From positions 2,974 to 66,973 of the forward strand of contig JAZTXY010000086.1 of NCBI GenBank assembly GCA_045636665.1: DNA of 64,000 bases, in the 5' to 3' direction. Within the stretch, counting starts at the first letter, position 1; every line of letters begins with the position of its first letter. The DNA is from Eubacteriales bacterium (GTDB taxonomy: Bacteria > Bacillota > Clostridia > Oscillospirales > CAG-382). A model generated the notes under the pieces. That model was not told the origin of the DNA. It saw only the letters and a program-made list of their open reading frames with translations, and did no database searches. Positions 60,327 to 64,000 of this stretch are shown one piece after another. The position numbers and the translations under genes were made by a program.

Positions 60327-62027
60327 GTGTTTACGTTAGCAAAAAGATTTTGCGCGGTAGCGCTTTCGGCGTTTTTCGTGCTTGGGATATTTCAGGGGGT
60401 GGGCATTGTGTCTGCAAATCAAGATAAAGCAACCGTTGAGATCAAATTCACAGGTGACGAGGCGAAGGTTGCGGGCTTTGCCCAATGCGAAATAACCGTT
60501 ACACCGAGCGCAAACGGCGCAAAAACCGGATATTACGTTATATATTATACCGACGGCAAGCAGGTGCTTGGCGATTACGATGAAGCAACCGCAATAAAAA
60601 TAAGCGGAAGCAAATCGGTCGGCGAAATCAGCGACGGAATGATGATTCCCCAAGGCGCAAAGGGTATTGCCGTTTTTGAAAGCAAAAGCTATTTTCTTAA
60701 CGAAACACCCGATATTAAGGATGCAATTGCGACTGCAGAAATTCCCTCGTCCAAGCGTACTCCCGATTTCGGCAAAAAGGAATTTTCCTTCGGTGCGCTT
60801 TCGGATACTCACATGAATTACGAACAGCACAACCGCGGTGCTTACGAAAAGCTTAAGACGGCGATGAACTTTATGGCCGATAAGGATATGGATATCGTCG
60901 TTATCGTCGGCGACGTTGTCGGTGACCGCGGTGAAAACCCCGACCTTGAAGCGCAGTATGAAAAGCATATCGAAATTATAAATAGCTCGGATTTCGATTT
61001 GAAAAACGTTTATGAAGCAACCGGCAACCACGGCAATACTGCTGCCGACGTCGGTCTTCACAGCAAGTATTTAAAGGGCGCAAACGAAGTTCATCCTTAC
61101 GAAAATTCGCCCTATTTCTACGTTGTTTTCGAGGGCAAAAACGGAAGCAGGGATAACGTTTTCATCTTTTTATCGCAGGAATTGAAGGCACCGGGCGACA
61201 GCGCAAAATACGATAACTTCTCGAAAAAGCAAATGGATTGGTTTGAAGGCGTGCTTTCTCAATACGGCGAAACCGCAAACGTTTTCATATCGTGTCACTC
61301 GCCCTTCCTTAACAACGGCGCTAAATTCGGCGCAGGCGACATCCCCAAGGGAACCTATAACGCTTGTATCGATTTCAAAGCTGCATTTCCCCAGAATATG
61401 CGCTTGAAGGCATTACTTGAGCAATATAAGGACGCGATAGTTATGTCGGGCCACACTCACGTTTCGTTCTATGAAAACGCGAACTATTCGAACGTAGGCG
61501 GCGAATTTGCCCACACAGTCCACGTCGGCTCGAACAGTCAGCCCGGCTCGTACGGAACCGGTACCTCGTTGCAACGAAGCTATGACGGAAGAAAATACGT
61601 AACCCCCGAATACGGCAGTGAGGGTTATACCGTTGACGTATATTCCGATTATATCGTCTATACGGGTTATAATTTCTCGACGGGCAAAAAGATACCCGAC
61701 GCCTGCTTTATGATTCCCACAAAGCAAACCGAGGAAATTCCTCCCGAAGAATCGAGCGAGCCTGAGGAATCGAGCCAACCCGAAGAATCGAGCCAACCCG
61801 AAGAATCGCAACCCACCGAATCGGAGGCCGTTTCGGAAAATGAATTCTCGACCGGTGAAAGCATCGAGGAAACAACTCTGCCCGAAAGCGAAGCAGAAGC
61901 TTCAAGCACTTCTTCCGACAGCGATGAAGGCGATGAAGGCGGAAGTAACGCTTGGATTTGGATAACCTCGGCAATCGTTTTGATAGCTGCCGCTTTGACG
62001 GTAATTATTATCCGCAAGAAAAAATAA
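60327..62027 (+). CDS. Secreted, C-terminally membrane-anchored calcineurin-like metallophosphoesterase
   Basis: Signal peptide ending VSA/NQ. Motifs GALSDTHMN, VIVGDVVGDRG, TGNHGN, MSGHTHV. An acidic PEESS linker is followed by the TM helix WIWITSAIVLIAAALTVIII and RKKK. GTG start 7 nt after aaggagg. Confidence 0.8.
   Translation: MFTLAKRFCAVALSAFFVLGIFQGVGIVSANQDKATVEIKFTGDEAKVAGFAQCEITVTPSANGAKTGYYVIYYTDGKQVLGDYDEATAIKISGSKSVGEISDGMMIPQGAKGIAVFESKSYFLNETPDIKDAIATAEIPSSKRTPDFGKKEFSFGALSDTHMNYEQHNRGAYEKLKTAMNFMADKDMDIVVIVGDVVGDRGENPDLEAQYEKHIEIINSSDFDLKNVYEATGNHGNTAADVGLHSKYLKGANEVHPYENSPYFYVVFEGKNGSRDNVFIFLSQELKAPGDSAKYDNFSKKQMDWFEGVLSQYGETANVFISCHSPFLNNGAKFGAGDIPKGTYNACIDFKAAFPQNMRLKALLEQYKDAIVMSGHTHVSFYENANYSNVGGEFAHTVHVGSNSQPGSYGTGTSLQRSYDGRKYVTPEYGSEGYTVDVYSDYIVYTGYNFSTGKKIPDACFMIPTKQTEEIPPEESSEPEESSQPEESSQPEESQPTESEAVSENEFSTGESIEETTLPESEAEASSTSSDSDEGDEGGSNAWIWITSAIVLIAAALTVIIIRKKK
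61743..61822 (+). repeat. In-frame 18-bp tandem repeat (cccgaagaatcgagccaa-like, about 4 copies) encoding PEESSEPEESSQPEESSQPEESQPTES
   Basis: Read directly from the sequence. Confidence 0.7.
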
Positions 62028-62043
62028 AATAAGACCGTAAATA

Positions 62044-62081
62044 AAACCGTTCGGACCTAAAAATCCGAACGGTTTGTTTTT
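62044..62081. terminator. Bidirectional intrinsic terminator (convergent with tspO)
   Basis: 12-bp stem aaaccgttcgga / tccgaacggttt with loop cctaaaaa, then gttttt. Confidence 0.7.
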
Positions 62082-62550
62082 AGTTAAGCCACCAAATTCC
62101 AAGATTCAAATAACCTGCAAAGGCAACCCAAACGAGATAGGGGATAAGCAAATATCCTGCCCACGAATCGATTTTTGAAAAGCGCTGATGTGTCAAAAGA
62201 ATCAACACCCAAAGAATAGCCAACCATACGAAAGCAAAAAGATATTCCTGCAGATTAAAGAATATTATCGGCCAAAAGAAGTTAAATAAAAGCTGTGCGC
62301 CATAGAACAAAAAAGCTTCCTTGCGCTTTTCGGCGGTCGTAACGGCAATCCAAACGCGGTAAAAGGCGATTCCCATAAGCAGGTAAAGAATACTCCAAGC
62401 AATAGGGAAAAGCCAAGCGGGCGGGGATAACGGCGGCTTGTTTACGGCTTCGAACATATCGGTCGAATCGCTCGTTATCCATCCTGCAAGCAAGCCGATG
62501 CCGAGCGGAATCGCAATTGATACAATCAGCTTTTTCCATTGAATTTTCAT
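62080..62550 (-). CDS. tspO: TspO/MBR-family tryptophan-rich sensory protein
   Basis: 156 aa, 5 TM, Trp-rich (PPAWLFPIAWSILYLLMGIA...WPIIFF...WLAILWVL). Confidence 0.8.
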   Translation of the reverse strand: MKIQWKKLIVSIAIPLGIGLLAGWITSDSTDMFEAVNKPPLSPPAWLFPIAWSILYLLMGIAFYRVWIAVTTAEKRKEAFLFYGAQLLFNFFWPIIFFNLQEYLFAFVWLAILWVLILLTHQRFSKIDSWAGYLLIPYLVWVAFAGYLNLGIWWLN

Positions 62551-62634
62551 AAAATAACACCTCGGGCTAATATATGAAGCGGTGACAAAAAATATACTGC
62601 CTGCGGTAGGACGCAGACAGTATAATGAAAATTT

Positions 62635-64000
62635 TTAATTGTAAAGCACCGCATCGATATTCCATTCGGCGATAAGATAAATGACGTAATCGGGCTTTTC
62701 GCTGTTGATAAGCCAATTGTCCCAACCGTAGCCCCACATACCGCGGTAAACGGTGCGGTTCATTCTTTCGGCAAGAATATCATACATCTGCGTCGAATAA
62801 GAGTCGCGCATTACAATGCAGTTGGGAAGCTTGCTGTTGCCCGTAACGATTGTGTTTTCATAAGTCATTTCGTCGCTGTAGGTAAGCGAAGTAGCCGAAT
62901 CGTATCGGTTAAACGCGGTAACCGATGCGGGAACCTTGTCCTTAAAGGTACGGTAATACGAATATTCCTTTATTTTGCTTTGCGACATTGCAAGGTAATA
63001 TGCCATATCGCCGCTGTTGTAAAAGCCCTCGTTCCAATTAAAATCGCTTTGAGGACGGGGTGCGGCTTCGGGGAATTTTTCGGAAATGTGGGTGAAAAGC
63101 GCGTTGTAAGCAACGTATGCACCGTAATCCGACCAGTGGCTGTCAAGCTTGTAGTAAAGCGGCATTTCGTCGTTTTTGTGCTCTGCGAAAATGCTCTTAA
63201 GGTTGATAACCGTTCCGCCGCCGCGCTCAATTGCCGCCATCGTCTTGTCGAGCTTGGTTTCGCCCGTTGCGGGCTTGTAGCTCGAGGGTACGAGCTCGGG
63301 ATAGGTGGTCATCGACGAGGGAACTATCATATAAATAATTTCGGCATTGGGATTTACTGCGCGAAGCGATTCAAGGTGAACCTTTACACGCGCGGAAAGT
63401 GTGTTAAGAATTCCGGCGGAGGGGACGTTTTGACCCTGAAAATCGGGAAGCATTTTTTGGAAGAAGAATTGGAAATCGCCGCCCGTAACGGTAGGCCACA
63501 TATCACTGCCCGGTGTGGTGGGCTTGATGGTATATTCCAGCGTTTCGCCGACCTGCTTTCCGTCGACGGTTTGGCTTATTTTAACGTCAACGTTCTTGCC
63601 GGTGCATTTAAGACGAAGTGAATACCAGCCGTGATAGGATTTGCTCGTTACAGTTTCGCCGTTTGCTTCGCCTGTAACGATTGCGCCCTCACTGCATCTG
63701 CCGACCAAGGCAAAATAGGGCTTTTCGGAGAAGCTTGCCGCTTCAAGCGAAATGCTTCCTTCTTCGTATTTGGTGGGAAGCTTGGTGACTTGCTTTGAGG
63801 GGGTAGTTGAGCTTTCGTTTTTAGATTCTTCCTTGGATTCATTGGAGTCCTCCTTGGATTCATCCTTAGACGCTTCTTTTGAGGTTTCCTTGGATTCTTC
63901 TCTGCTTTCGGCGGTTTCCGACGAAGCCGATTGCGAACCGTCTGTGCTTTGTGTTTCGGTTGCGTTATTCTCGCACGCGGCGAGGACTAATGTGCTGAAA
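62635..64000 (-). CDS. Lipoprotein with an AlgJ/AlgX-type (DHHW-like) SGNH-fold domain. The 5' end runs past the window end.
   Basis: The minus-strand frame is open from 63708 to 63999. Near the window edge it reads FSTLVLAAC/ENN (lipobox) followed by an E/S/K-rich linker, so the ORF-track TTG at 63708 is internal. KLDSHWSDYGAYVAYN is the family motif. Confidence 0.65.
   Translation of the reverse strand, partial: FSTLVLAACENNATETQSTDGSQSASSETAESREESKETSKEASKDESKEDSNESKEESKNESSTTPSKQVTKLPTKYEEGSISLEAASFSEKPYFALVGRCSEGAIVTGEANGETVTSKSYHGWYSLRLKCTGKNVDVKISQTVDGKQVGETLEYTIKPTTPGSDMWPTVTGGDFQFFFQKMLPDFQGQNVPSAGILNTLSARVKVHLESLRAVNPNAEIIYMIVPSSMTTYPELVPSSYKPATGETKLDKTMAAIERGGGTVINLKSIFAEHKNDEMPLYYKLDSHWSDYGAYVAYNALFTHISEKFPEAAPRPQSDFNWNEGFYNSGDMAYYLAMSQSKIKEYSYYRTFKDKVPASVTAFNRYDSATSLTYSDEMTYENTIVTGNSKLPNCIVMRDSYSTQMYDILAERMNRTVYRGMWGYGWDNWLINSEKPDYVIYLIAEWNIDAVLYN

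Noticed and set aside
1-64000. Mobile element, prophage or genomic-island boundaries around the 37-kb cluster
   Set aside because: I found no integrase, transposase, recombinase, tRNA target, or flanking direct or inverted repeats. The left boundary is outside the window. Horizontal origin therefore cannot be claimed from this sequence alone.

Overview
This 64-kb window looks like a low-to-moderate-GC Bacillota (Clostridia-type) chromosome. Supporting signs are GGAGG-type ribosome-binding sites (RBS), frequent GTG/TTG starts, a type III pantothenate kinase, an ECF S-component and a long-form GalT. I recognised no rRNA, tRNA, CRISPR array, transposase, integrase or phage gene.

The left 37 kb (nt 1-36936) holds 29 co-directional + strand genes with short gaps. 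In order they are:
- a giant repetitive surface protein, whose 5' end lies outside the window
- an AgrC/LytTR-type two-component pair
- a Hanks Ser/Thr kinase with a 7-TM tail, plus a PP2C phosphatase
- a complete Tad/Flp pilus module: CpaF/TadA, TadZ, TadB, TadC, Flp pilin, TadV peptidase and three TadE/TadG-like pseudopilins, two of which carry InlB-B/Flg_new repeats and a Cys-rich tail
- directly after it, with no terminator I could find in between, a stripped-down T7SSb-like module: EssC with a canonical FHA domain, YukD/EsaB, WXG100 proteins, two paralogous FHA proteins, an LXG-like glycine-zipper protein, DUF4176 and a prepilin-peptidase N-domain-only membrane protein

The first convincing intrinsic terminator is at 36903-36936. 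This kinase/phosphatase/FHA-linked Tad plus minimal-T7SS supercluster is my main candidate for an undescribed system.

The right 27 kb is ordinary mixed-strand housekeeping and accessory DNA: CapA-like, MATE, coaX plus ECF-S, galT, GHL10, pnuC, hpt, glgB, trmL, DeoR, cdd, Nudix, a YtrA-type ABC operon, a surface metallophosphoesterase, tspO and an AlgJ-like lipoprotein. It contains two oddities. One is a self-contained consensus-promoter-to-terminator micro-unit with a 19-aa ORF (46095-46315). The other is a 1243-aa secreted lectin/DNRLRE protein with a possible Cys-His enzymatic tail, translationally coupled to a small partner.

All domain calls are motif recognition by eye from the supplied translations. 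No database search was run.
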